Positions 1 through 12,264 of a stretch of 64,000 bases of DNA are shown here, piece after piece. The first letter of the stretch is position 1. Every line of letters starts with the position of its first letter. The stretch spans positions 11,222,001 to 11,286,000 of the forward strand of contig OZ176051.1 in NCBI GenBank assembly GCA_964247055.1, in the 5' to 3' direction. The notes beneath the pieces were generated by a model. The model saw only the letters and a program-made list of their open reading frames with translations. It made no database searches and had not been told where the DNA came from. The translations under genes and the position numbers were made by a program. Origin of the DNA: Paragordius varius (Eukaryota; Animalia; Nematomorpha).

Positions 1-129
1 TAAAAATGATAAAATGGGTGAATAATACACTATTTGATTGATAAAAGTTAAAGACAATATAAAGACAAAGGTCCAATCAAGTGTTCATGGACCAACTCGA
101 AGTGTTCTCTTAAGGTGCAAATAATATAT

Positions 130-1135
130 GAAAGGCATGAAATAATAGCCGATTGAACTTTGCAGCATTCGTCAGGCCATTTTCCAACGTCTTCCAGATT
201 ATTGAATTGCTGTCTGAGGGCGTGTGCCTGATAGACAGAGGTAATAATGGCCTTAAATAAATACGGTGGATGTGGAAGAATTCCCCATCGAAGCTATTTT
301 AAGGTATCTTTCTGGTTTTGCTGTGGAATTGCCAAGTAACAAAATTACTTTGTAGTGTTTTCTGGCTCATTTCCGTTTTTAAATAAGGCATAATTTCATT
401 TGATGCCGATAGCGTTGTGTATAAACGGTTTCACTGATGAGCTTTAAATACAAAACAGCATAATCTTCTTCTTAAGCGTGTCCTTGATATTGATAACCAT
501 CTTGGGAAGCCAGAATTTATTCCCCTTTGGATCGACAGGGCCACTCTTCCCTCGTCACAATGCGATCAAAAAATGATTTGCTTTCACGAACAGGATTTTA
601 CAATCCTCTTGGTGATTTTTAATTTGACGTTCATTCGAATGGTGTTATAACCATTATCAAGTTTATTGGTCGTTACCAATGCTCGAAATATGCACTGATT
701 GTATTTTGTGGCCATCTAATACTTCTGCCAATTACCGTTGAATCCGAGTTGAATCATAATCCAATAATTCTGCCTTTTATTGTATTCTAAATTATGTGGC
801 TCTTTCGAATTGAGATAACTTTCATCGAAACCAGGTTTACATGTGTTTATTGATGAGGCATGTTTACCGTGTTGACAGCAAACAATGACCTTCAACAGCC
901 TGTTTCTTGTAAGAGAGAAATGCATCTGCAGTTAATCTTTTTCAGCCAAAAAATTTGACATGATTATTGAATGATATAAATAAGACTCTAATTTTTTCCA
1001 GCTCAATCTGTTTTTTTTGTCGTATATCAGATGAATAAAATGGCGTCTAGTCTAATTAATCTGCTTCGTATTTTTCGGTGAAGTCGTCTCTTAACTGAAG
1101 ACTTTTACAAATTAAATTTAATTATCAAGTATAAT
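130..1135 (-). pseudogene. Degenerate mariner (Mos1-like) transposase remnant
   Basis: Broken minus-strand frames give ELLDYDSTRIQR*LAEVL, NERQIKNHQEDCKIL, FFDRIVT, ETVYTQRY and WGILPHPPY. These match Mos1-type ALLDEDDAQTQKQLAEQL, NERQMERRKNTCEIL, FLHRIVTGDEKW, ETVNTARY and WEVLPHAAY. Many stops and frameshifts; boundaries approximate. Confidence 0.75.
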
Positions 1136-1189
1136 CATGCTATAGAATATAATCATTTATTTTTTGCAATTATTATAGTTATCTATATC

Positions 1190-4100
1190 TAAAGTGACCA
1201 GACGTCCCGTTTTTTTACACTTTGTCCCGCGTCCCGCTACGTTTTTTAAATGTCCCGCTTTTTCACGATTATATAAAAAAATAATTTTTTAAATACAAAT
1301 AAGTTTTTTTTATCCGTTTAAATTTTTTATCATTAAATATCTTTAAAATCTATATAATTATTAAATTAAAATTTTTTATTTTTAAATTAAAGATATTTAT
1401 TTTTTTCGAATTTATATCATATGATTATACACTTTCCTTCCTACTACTACTGTCATTATTATCAAAAAGCCAAGTTAATACCACAAATCTCTAGATTAAA
1501 AGACAAATTAATACCACAAATCGGTAGCTACGTTTATTTCAGATTAAGGTAATATAATATTACTATGCTAATATTTTAGTTTTATTACTTGCTAACATAT
1601 CAAAAAGCCAAATTAATACCATAAATCGGTAGCTTAAAAGACAAATTGATACCACAATTCGGTACCTTACACGTTTATTCCAGAAAATTAAGGTAATATA
1701 ATATTTATTATACTAATATTTTGGTTTTATTACTTCCCAAAGGCCAAATTAATACCACAAATCGGTAGCTTAAAAGACAAATTGATACCACAAATCGGTA
1801 CCTTACACGTTTATTCCAGAAAATTAAAGTATATAATATTATTATACTAATAGTAGTTTATAAATATGAACACAAAAAGAGGTTGTAAATTCAACGATGA
1901 ATTAATGAAAGATTTTCCTTTTATTAAAAAAAACGAAGAATGAATCATCTGTTAAATGTCTTGTATTCGAGGGGGAATGCACCCTAGCAAATGACGCATG
2001 ATATTACAAAGCATATGGAAACACAGAAACATAAAAAATTTAGATATGGCGGCATCATCTTACAAAATGAGCGATTTTATTCGAAAAACCGTTTTTGGAG
2101 AGGAAGAAAAGAATTTGGCACTAGCTGAGGGCCTGTTATTTTTTCACTCCGTTAATCACAATCATTCCTTTAGATCTATGGACTGTACCTCACAGGTTAT
2201 TCTCACGTTATTCCATAAAAAATTTACATGTGCCCGTACAAAGGCTGAAGCCATTGTGTGCAATGTCCTTACGCCACATGCATTTTCTGAAATACAAAAA
2301 GATTTGCTGAATTAATTTCTTATCCATACTCTGATGCATCAAATCACCATGAAACAAAATTATTTCCCACTTAAATTTTAATTCAGAAACCGGAGTAAAA
2401 ATTAAAATTTTAGATTTAATTTCTGTACCCGGTGAAAATTCCGAAATAATATTTACTTCAATAATGCATATTCTAGAAAAAAATAATTTAAAAGAACAAA
2501 ATTATCGCATATTGCGCTGACAACACCAATACGAACTTCGGTGGAAAAGCAAGTAGGGGAACGAATAATATTCAAAATTAGCAGATAATCTTAATCAAAA
2601 CATTATTGGCGTTGGGTGTGCAGCGCATATAATACACAACGCTATTCAAACAGCTGCTGATTTGTTACCCCTAGATGTGGAAAATGTAGTTGTTAAAATA
2701 TATTCCTATTTTTATATATACACAGTACATGTTGAAACGCTTAAAGAATTCTGTGAAAATGCAGAAGTTCAATATCAAAAAATGCTTGGATATTGTAAAA
2801 CTCGTTGGTTAGCTTTTATGCCAGCTATCGAAAGAATTTTAAAAATGTATGATCCTTTAAAATCTTTTTTTTACCTCAGGACAAATGTCCTACAACTTTA
2901 AAGTTTTTTGAAAGTGATTTTTAAATATGGTTAGAATTCTTACATAATCAAGCTTCTCTTTACCAAAATGTTATAAAATTTAGAAGATGACAAAATTTCG
3001 GCAATCGAAGTAGCCAATGAAGTTAGTAACCTAAAATTCCAATGTCAAGAACGGTTAGAAAATAATTTTATACCATTAACCATCCGCAATATAATAAATA
3101 ATTTAGAAAAACAAGGCTTAATAAATCGCCAAGATATCCTGTCCCATATAAAAATGTTTTGTACAAACTGTAAAGATTATTTGGAAGACTGGACGACGCA
3201 ATTCAACGAAATTGATCATTTTCATTGGATAACATTAAAATCACAATTTAATTGGTGCGATATTCAAAAATCATTTGATTATATCTGCTCCCAAAAATTC
3301 TCAAAAAGTAATCTTTCAGAAAATGATCTTTTTTCTGAAGTATCAATAGTTAAAAGATATATTAATTATGAAAAACTTAAATTATGGACAAAAGAAAAAT
3401 ATACAGTAGAAAAGAAATGGTTGGAAATATTTGATCATTTTGAAGCCAACTATATTACATACAATAATATTTTAAAAATTGTGGAATTCGCACTATCTTT
3501 ACCTGGAACCAACGCTGCTACTGAGCGCGTTTTTTCCACAGTAAATCAGGTGTGGACATCGGAAAAATCGAATTTAAATGTTGAAACTTTAAAGGCCGTT
3601 TTATCTGTCAAATATTATTTGACAAATTCTTGTGAAGACTTCTACAAAATTTTAAAAAATGATGGCAATCTGCTAAAACGCATTCACTCAAACAAAAAAT
3701 ATACCAAAGAATAAAATATTTTCTTTAAAGTTTTTGTGTTAAAAAATAAACAAAATTACTTAAAATATTGTATAAGTCTTCATAATTTGTCAAATTATAA
3801 TTGAGCAAAAATGGCTTTTATTCAACATTTAAATCTGATTCCGTGTCCTTACTTAATTACTGTGGAAAAACGCGTTCAATAGCAGTGGTTCAGGTAAAGA
3901 TAATGCAAATTCTAGAATTAAAATATTATTGTATGGAACATAATTTGTTTAAAAATGATTATTTTAACCATTTCTATCCTACGTATTTTTTTCTGTTGTC
4001 CATAATATAAGTTTTCATTCAATATATTTATTTAATAATGAGACTTCATAAAAAAGTGTCATTGTGAACCGTCTTGTATTCCAAATAATCGTTTCTGTTT

Positions 4101-4741
4101 GTATAAAACATTTTTATATTCTGGCTATTCATTTAGCCTTGTTTTTATGGATGCTTTATAATATTGCGATTAGGTAATAGTATAAAATTATTTTCTAACC
4201 TTTTTGACTTGGAATTTTGACCTTTGTCCTGTGATAAAAAATAGGATTCTAGGAGATCACATTTTTATAAATATTTCAATAGCTGGCAAAAAAGCTAACC
4301 AACAGTTTTACAATATCCAAGCATTTTAACATCTATATTTTCCACATTCAGGGGTAACAAATCAGTAGCTGTTTGAATAGCGTTGTGTAGCTGCCAATAA
4401 TGTTTTAATTAAGATTATTCGCTAAATTGTTAAAAATATTTTTTGTGCCGCTTCTTGCATCACCCAGCGCACTTTGTGATGATTTCGTCTTTTTTATTTT
4501 TTTCTAGAATATTACAATCACTTCACCCTTTGTTCGTGCACATGTAAATTTATTGAATAAGGTACAAACAACCTGTAAGGTACAAATTTTTTTATATTTA
4601 TAATGTATTTGTGTTAAAAATAAATAAATATTACAATGAATTTTTTGTATAAAAATTTTTGGTTGTACCCCCCAATGACCCCCCCCCCCCCTTTGTCTCA
4701 GATTTGTCCCGCTTTTTTCTTCAAAAAATCTGGTCACCTTA
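1190..4741 (+). mobile_element. hAT DNA transposon, transposase pseudogene plus internal inverted transposase fragment
   Basis: TIRs TAAAGTGACCAGA (1190) and TCTGGTCACCTTA (to 4741), with GTCCCG subterminal motifs. Frameshifted transposase 1866-3714 contains CAAHIIHNAIQ (CxxH), TRWLAF and LSLPGTNAATERVFS (hAT dimerisation motif). Tandem ATACCACAAATCGGTA-containing repeats lie at ~1470-1850. No matching 8-bp TSD (TCTATATC vs TTCTACGA). Confidence 0.9.
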
Positions 4742-5973
4742 TTCTACGATCTTAGATAAGAAACAAAAAAACATATAAATATGCATGAGAATCAATTATC
4801 TGAAATGAAACAAATTCTACGATTTGATTATCAAACAATAAACTTTATGACAAAACACTGTTCCCTGATTTCGATAAAAGACGAGGAGGAGCCCTGAGTC
4901 TGTAACAAAAATAAGAACTGTTTTCAGATTTCATGCAGATCCCGGGCATCAAATTACTATTAAGCTAGTTTTTGGGTGAACTTTATAACAAATCTCATAT
5001 CTTAATGTATGCAAGCCTCAAAAATTTAAAGTCAATCAGTATCTGATGTGATTTTTGTCAAATGAAAATTTGTATAAAAACTATTATTTTATCATAAAAA
5101 AATGTGTAAATAAACTTTAATTTATTTATTATCATAAAATGTGAATTAGATTGTCATAATAAATTAGGAATTCTTCCGATTCTGTGCGATCTTTAATGAC
5201 AACGTTTCCTGTAATATTTAAATCATAGAAGTTTTCATATCTATTGCTTTTATTATCTGATCTATCTCATAATAATTCTTTGTTACTGTCAACAAATCTT
5301 TTTGAAGATTTTTATAGGCTTCTTTTTTTGAATTACAACATACGGCACTATAGATTTATTTAAAACTATGGGATATCTAAAAGATTAAATATTATTAAAT
5401 TACTTTATTTAGGTATACTTATATCGGTTTTAGGCATGGTTTAAGGACACTCGAGAGTCAATCAGATGTGTTTTTTATATGAATTATAAGGAAACCCTTT
5501 CTTTGAAAAAGTGAGCATAGGAAACTTAAAGAGTTTCCTTTTTTTATTCACTCCACCCATTATATTCTCTAGAAATTAATAGTATTGTTTCTATATCCTC
5601 GAAATCCGTCTTTGATTTCGATTTTTAATATATAATTAGAACAACTGCGCTTTTAAAATCAAGAAAAAACTATCCAATTATGATTTAGGTATTTAAGATT
5701 AATATTTCTCTTTCTATCATATAGGGTAATTAACAAAATATCCAAACAATAAGCGAATTTGATATACATTTAATACCGTAAAAAAGATTAGACAAAATAT
5801 ATATTTATGATTGTCCAATATCATAGAATTATTATGAAGTAAATTTTAATTCATCGACATAGACCATTCATGTTTATCTGTAATTGGGATTTATATGTAT
5901 ATTAAAATATTTTTGATTTAATTATATTTAAACATGTAAAATAAGGTAAAAATATTTATTTTTAGCTCACTTA

Positions 5974-6074
5974 CAGTAGCGTATGGTATAAAACATTATT
6001 AGTCCATAAAAGAACAAAAAAATGTTTTTTTTATAAAAACAAGTCTAGTTGTATAACAGCCATAATATCCCCTT
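5974..6074. mobile_element. Truncated (left-half) copy of the MITE seen intact at 63811-63977; also at 22545-22648 and 37549-37652
   Basis: TA|CAGTAGCGTATGGTATAAAACATTATTAGTCCATAAAAG...CATAATATCCCCTT matches the 63811 element; the right TIR is absent. Confidence 0.75.
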
Positions 6075-6277
6075 AACACATATTTAAGTTTTAACTTTCA
6101 AATAATTTACATACATTTTAATTTATTGAAAAAGGATGTTTGCTTACTTTACGTGTAATAAAAAAATTAAAAAGTTAAACGTTGTAGAATGTTATTGGTG
6201 GGCAAAAGAAATAATTACAAAATTTTTACCATATGCATGCGTTTATTTATCATTATTCAATTCAATTAATAAAATCA

Positions 6278-6422
6278 ATGTTTGGAATATGGCAACAACG
6301 CCATACATTAAACTGGTTGAATAAAATATTCTCGTCTTTCCGTGTGCTCATGATATTAGGCCTTTATGTCGTTATATTTACTGTATCTTTCGCACTGATC
6401 ATATTCTTATTCGAGTATAAGG
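6278..6422 (+). CDS. Sulfotransferase exon 1a: cytoplasmic tail plus signal-anchor TM (U1)
   Basis: MFGIWQQRHTLNWLNKIFSSFRVLMILGLYVVIFTVSFALIIFLFEYK followed by G|GTAATG, a phase-1 donor. It matches the phase-1 acceptor TATAG|AT at 13918/13919 and gives ...EYK-D-LLNKY. Confidence 0.7.
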
Positions 6423-8789
6423 GTAATGCAAAATATTTCTAGCTATTTTTATTAATAAGTAAAAGGACATTACCGGGATATGGTTATATATTAATTTTTT
6501 TATAATTGTATGATTTTAATGTGTTAAATAATTCTTTATTTTAAATGACCCTAATGACAATTGTCATATAAATTATATTACTCTTACCGAGAACAAGTTT
6601 TCAAATAAGAATAACCAATATAAATATGCTTAAAAAATATTTTCAACATCGATAATGTAAAAATAAGCATTCAAGATTGAATTCTATAAATGCAATGCCG
6701 AATTGATCGAATATATGATATTAAAATTTATAATAAACTTGATTCATGTCCATTAAAACTAAATATATATAGTTTTTCTAATAGTATTTTTGATTAGTTA
6801 AACAAATTTGCTCTTAATATCCAAAATGTAAATGGGGTCAAATTCGATGTTAATCAACTGTATTAGATTAATTATAAAGTTATAATAAGCACATCATGCA
6901 GACAATTATAAAAAATTATAAGCTTTAACTTTGTACTTCTCTATAAATACCATTTAAAGGATATTGGGATTTGGAAAAAATTGAACATAGTAATATCAGG
7001 CAATGGATAATTAGCTTTAATTATTGCTAACTGATTCACATTTCGCTGGTGCATTATTGCTAAAAACAATACTAAATGTATATAAAAAATTAGAAACTGT
7101 GGTGATTAGCGCTAGGGAGATATTATTTGCACCAAGGAAGGGATCCCTGCCAAAATTATTAATGCTAAACATCCACTATAGCTGAATAGTAGGCAAAATC
7201 AATACGCCTGAAAAGAATTTCAGACAAATATATAAAAACCGAACTTAAGGTTAAAGTCCAGGGAGATATAAATATGGCATATTGATTTTCACTTCTGATA
7301 GCCGATTATTAGAATATATTAAATGCACATAAAATACTTACAACTAACATTTTACATAAAGCATGATGTCCTTCTGTTTCATTAAATTATCTTTGATTAC
7401 TGGAATATCTGACTGCTGAAAACCGGTTTGAGTTTTTTTTCTTTGTATGTAACGTGATCTCTCACCCTCAATTTTTCGGATTCGGAGAACTGGTGTGTTT
7501 TTATACTAAAATTCAAAAAATAAAAAATTTTACATTGACCCTAAATTTGGAACTCTTTAGATGTGTTAAATCTTAGGGTTTTGATAGAAATTTGACTTAA
7601 CCATCAATTTCAAAAAACAAAAATCTTGCATATTAATTCAGCTGTGTAATTTCCTACAGGGTTCAGAAATCAAATTCTAGTAGTTTCAGATTATGCATAT
7701 CTCGGAGGTCTTATAAACAATAATAAGGGCTATTTAGGTATCAATTGCGATAGAAAAATTAAAATTGTAAAAAATATGACTATATATGGAAGTCCCCTAA
7801 CATCAAACCATCAACTAATATTAGGCTTATCTTCTTTAATCTTCCCGGCACTGTTGTAGGGATCTGAAAGCTGAATTATAAAAAAGTGACGAGTGTTTGA
7901 GAAACGCATTTAATGGGGCTGGCAGAAAGCTTTACAAATAACATGGCAAGACATAATAAATTCGATATTTCTCGAAAAAAATCCGACAATGGCTCAAACC
8001 GACCATTGCCTAATAATGAAATTATCGAATTTTTGACATAGTCTTATAATACAAAATTTAGAATAGCATCTAGCGGGTCGTTGCAAAATGAGCTCGGAAG
8101 ATCTAAGCCAGAACACAAACTCTTCATTTTACAACCTTATAAACTTCACCAACACAAATCGCGAATTGGCCTACGTAAAGGCTTTAAATACACATTTAGC
8201 TTCATACAATAATACAATACAGAGTCGGGCTTTCAGAATCCGAAAGAAATTGTGGAGTCAAACGTTATATATGAATGTAGCGATGTTAAATTATTGCCTT
8301 TGTTTGATACTTTATTATATTTTTGGTTTTGGGATGATTATGCACACCTTGCTTAAACTTGTAAATAAACAACGATATTCAAGTTACTTTGGAAATATAA
8401 TAAACACTGTTTCTTGTATTAATAAAAAAATCCCATATTTTAAGTAGTGGCCCGAACATGATTAACAGCTTATTTTCAAATTTAAAAAATTTACTGCTAA
8501 AATGAATATAAATTGTTTATTATTTTTGACGCAATTATTTACCTATTATATTGGCGAATCGAATATATAGAAATAAAAAATGGTGAGGATGAAATAAGAT
8601 TATATTTTTATAGAGGGAGAGGAAGGCATATGAGCACAATATCATAGGGGAAAAATTACAGGAAAAAAAGATATTGAAGTGTTAGAAATTATTTTCTAAA
8701 AAAATTGGGAGCTGTCTTGAAAATGATATAACACGAAAACACTTATCTATAAATACGACCAGAATATTTTGAACTTTGATTAAAAAACT

Positions 8790-10130
8790 TCCTAATCCCT
8801 CAATCGTGATTCTCCTGGCAGATAAAGGTTATGACGCAGATGAACAGCAAAATTTACGTTGAAAAAGGGATTGATATAATACATTTACTATACTACAATC
8901 CGAAAAGACCCCACTCAAAGATTGACAAACTTGGTAAAAAAAGCGGTAAAAAAAACTAGAATATTGAAACAACATGCATACCAAAATTCACCATTCCACC
9001 CCATATGAATGTGGCCCTGAAAACTCACAAACCTGAAATACACTTACGACCAGCTGTCGTTAGTATTAACACACCGCTTTCTAAACTACTCATAAAACAA
9101 CCATTTGCACATATCCTCCATCACGTACAAAATAATATGATGAATAAAATTAAAACAATGCATCTGAAAGAGTCTAACATACTAGTCATCCTGAACATAC
9201 AATCTCTTTTCGCAATTATCCCGAGAAATCAAGTAGGATCTATCATCGAAAAATAGGTGATGGCTTACACCCCATCATTCCGAAGTTATAAATATGCCTT
9301 TCAAATTGTTTTTTGAAGCAAAACTACCTACAATACACTGGTACCTCCATGAGATCCAGTTTCTCTCCATAACTAGCTGACATATACATGAAATCTTTCG
9401 AAAAACTTATGTTCGAATCCCACTATCCCCCAGATGTTGGCATCGATATGTGGGTGATATATTCTCACCTTTCTAGACTTTAATAACATAAATCCCAATA
9501 GGTTCTTTATGTAACACAGCCACTACGAAATACAATTCCTAGATGTTCAACTAAAAATCAAGATTGGTATGTTCCAACATATGTCTTTAGAAAGGCACAC
9601 ATATTTATACTTAAATGCAAATTTCCATAATCATCCAGCTCGTTCGCTCTCAGCTTTAAATACTCTCATACACCGAGCCAATACTCTTTGTAATGAATAT
9701 AATCTAAGAAATGAAAACTTTTAAAACCACATTTCAACAAAATGGCTATCCAGTTAACATTTTTAATAAATTAAACACCCATAGGATTCAGTCTCTTCTT
9801 TCGTTTTACCTTACATAAAAAATGTCACGACCAAAATCCGACATGTTCTTAAAAAATATGAAGTTAAAGCTATATATATGCCTTTCAATAAATTTAACCT
9901 GTTCCTGCAATGTCAAATACATGGGTGAATCAGGACGCTTAATTTTAACACGATGAAATAAACATGACCAATACATTCTTGCCCGCAAACTCTCTTTGGG
10001 ATTAGCACAGCAAATACACAATGATCTTCACTTTATATCTCATTAAGAAATCGTTTGCAACTAATAATTACAATAAACGCCGGATATGTGAATCTATAGA
10101 GATTATATCAAATCCTAGACTCGATCGTGA
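8790..10130 (+). mobile_element. Degenerate Penelope-like retroelement (RT plus GIY-YIG)
   Basis: Broken frames give IVILLADKG, KTHKPEIHLRPAVVS, GTSM..SP*LADIYM, WHRYVGDIF, FLDV, NGYP, LPYIKNV and KYMGESGRL.LTR. Confidence 0.75.
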
Positions 10131-10239
10131 AGACGGCGCAGTTATATCGTCAATTTGGTACCTCCTAGTACACCCAAAATATTATTTGTAAAGACGACAA
10201 CTGTTGTTTTTACAGATTACATTAAACCTCCTAAGAATA

Positions 10240-11739
10240 TACCATTTCCCAGTCTAAATAAACGTTTTCCCAGTCTATCGAAACATTTTCCCAATCAATC
10301 GAAACGTTTTCCCAGTCAATCGAAACGTTTTCCCAGTCAATCAAAACGTTTTCCCAGTCAATAGAAACATTTTCCCAGTCAATAGAAACATTTTCCCAGT
10401 CAATAAAAACATTTTCCCAATCAATAAAAACGTTTTCCCAGTCAATAAAAACGGTTTTATTTTTGATGATAAATATCAAAACAAGATAGAAAAATAACTT
10501 TTAACCGTTATTAGCGTAATATTAGGATATTATTTTTTATGAATTAACAATCATTGAATGAAAATATTTTTTTATATTCCAATACTTAATCATTAATAAT
10601 TTATTCTTTAAGAGCTATATTTTATGAACTGGAAGAATATTTTATGGTTTTTAAGTATTTTATGAAAATATTTAATAAGTTTTTTATTTTATCGTTGGTT
10701 CGCATTTATATTCAAGGCTAACTTTTAAAGTCTATAGTTACGGATAATAAAATTTATAAAAATATACCATTTTTATCTCAAATTGGTTATTTAACGCTTC
10801 AAATTGGAAACATGTCGAATAAAATACTGTCGGAAAAAATCTGAACAAAACATGGTTTTAAATATGTTTTTCATTCAAAAATATTTTTTAAAAAAGGATA
10901 TTCTAACACAATGGCTTTGCGGGCCGCATTTTTAACCCAAAAAGCACGGCGTTTCGTATTCGTATTATATAAGGACATTCATAAATAATTTATTCGATCT
11001 TAGACATAAGACTGTAAAGTACAAACACAATATATTTTTTTAATTCGTTGTCAATTTTATAAACTCATTCAGAATAATAGCGTAAGAAATATGAATTTTA
11101 CTAAGATTTTCTTAGGCCTCCGATGAACCATATGATAAATATAAAAATAGGGTAAAATTTATGTTTGAGACCCCATATGAAGCGTTAAATAACCAATTTG
11201 AGATAAAAATGGTATATTTTTATAAATTTTATTATCCGTAACTATAGACTTTAAAAGTTAGCCTCGAATATAAATGCGAACCAACGATAAAATAAAAAAC
11301 TTATTAAATATTTTCATAAAATACTTAAAAACCATAAAATATTCTTCCAGTTCATAAAATATAGCTCTTAAAGAATAAATTATTAATGATTAAGTATTGG
11401 AATATAAAAAAATATTTTCATTCAATGATTGTTAATTCATAAAAAATAATATCCTAATATTACGCTAATAACGGTTAAAAGTTATTTTTCTATCTTGTTT
11501 TGATATTTATCATCAAAAATAAAACCGTTTTTATTGACTGGGAAAACGTTTTTATTGATTGGGAAAATGTTTTTATTGACTGGGAAAATGTTTCTATTGA
11601 CTGGGAAAATGTTTCTATTGACTGGGAAAACGTTTCGATTGACTGGGAAAACGTTTCGATTGACTGGGAAAACGTTTCGATTGATTAGGAAAACGTTTCG
11701 ATTGACTGGGAAAACGTTTATTTAGACTGGGAAATGGTA
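10240..11739. mobile_element. 1500-bp non-autonomous foldback element with 562-bp inverted arms and probable TA TSD
   Basis: Arms 10240-10801 and 11178-11739 are near-perfect inverted copies, each with ten 21-bp units (TTTTCCCAGTCAATCGAAACG) outermost. Spacer is 376 bp. Empty sites at ~26808 and ~41810. Confidence 0.92.
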
Positions 11740-12182
11740 TATATACATGAATACAATGACCATCTGAACAATTACATATTTACCTTTTTATATTGTCATT
11801 ATTTCTTAGTTTTTTATTTAATTTTTTATCTAAATTTTTATCTCAAAAGTTTATGCATTATAAATATTATTATTATATTAATAATAATTGCTCGTAAACC
11901 CAGAATGGATTTAATAATTGTTACAATTTATTAAGAGGGGAGGATATATGTACGACTTATATATTGTATGAAATTCGTTGTAATGGTGTCTATTTTTTAT
12001 GGGTAATATAAAATAAACTTATGTATGCCAACAAATTTTGAAGGTTTTACGTTTTGTTGTTTATTTTTATTGGAATCGCGAGTGACAAAATCAATATTTG
12101 CAATATGAAACGTTACTACACATTAAAAATTTGATATTTTATCATATATGACAAAAATATTCCTTCCTTGTCGAATTTTAGC

Positions 12183-12264
12183 ATGTTCATATTAAGCTTT
12201 TTAAATTTTATAATATTTATTGCATTTTCTTTCACACTATTAATCTTCCTATTCGAGTACAAGG
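12183..12264 (+). CDS. Paralogous signal-anchor exon 1b (open in U1 only)
   Basis: MFILSFLNFIIFIAFSFTLLIFLFEYK followed by G|GTATGT. Same FLFEYK end and phase-1 donor as exon 1a. Confidence 0.45.

Noticed and set aside
716-925. FDESY ORF as a Merlin/IS1595 transposase
   Set aside because: Neighbouring frames match mariner. FDESY arises from a 7-bp deletion absent in U2 and U4.
1998-3714. hAT ORF fragments as a domesticated ZBED-like host gene
   Set aside because: Multiple frameshifts are shared by all three copies, and the fragments lie inside TIRs.
6423-6442. 20-nt micro-intron GTAATG...TTCTAG after exon 1a
   Set aside because: Splicing it gives only AIFINK* with no homology support; it cannot be excluded as a minor isoform.
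8088-8447. 119-aa ORF as a gene
   Set aside because: Interrupted by TGA in U2/U3, no recognisable motif, no splice support.
8805-8845. LADKGYDA as a bacterial IS5/Harbinger DDE motif (horizontal transfer)
   Set aside because: It lies directly upstream of Penelope RT motifs, where IVI..ADKG is expected.
10242-10452. 21-bp repeats as a CRISPR array or repeat-protein gene (DWENVSI ORFs at 10231, 11500, 11534, 10155)
   Set aside because: Units are head-to-tail with no spacers and are mirrored in an inverted arm. The ORFs arise because 21 is a multiple of 3.
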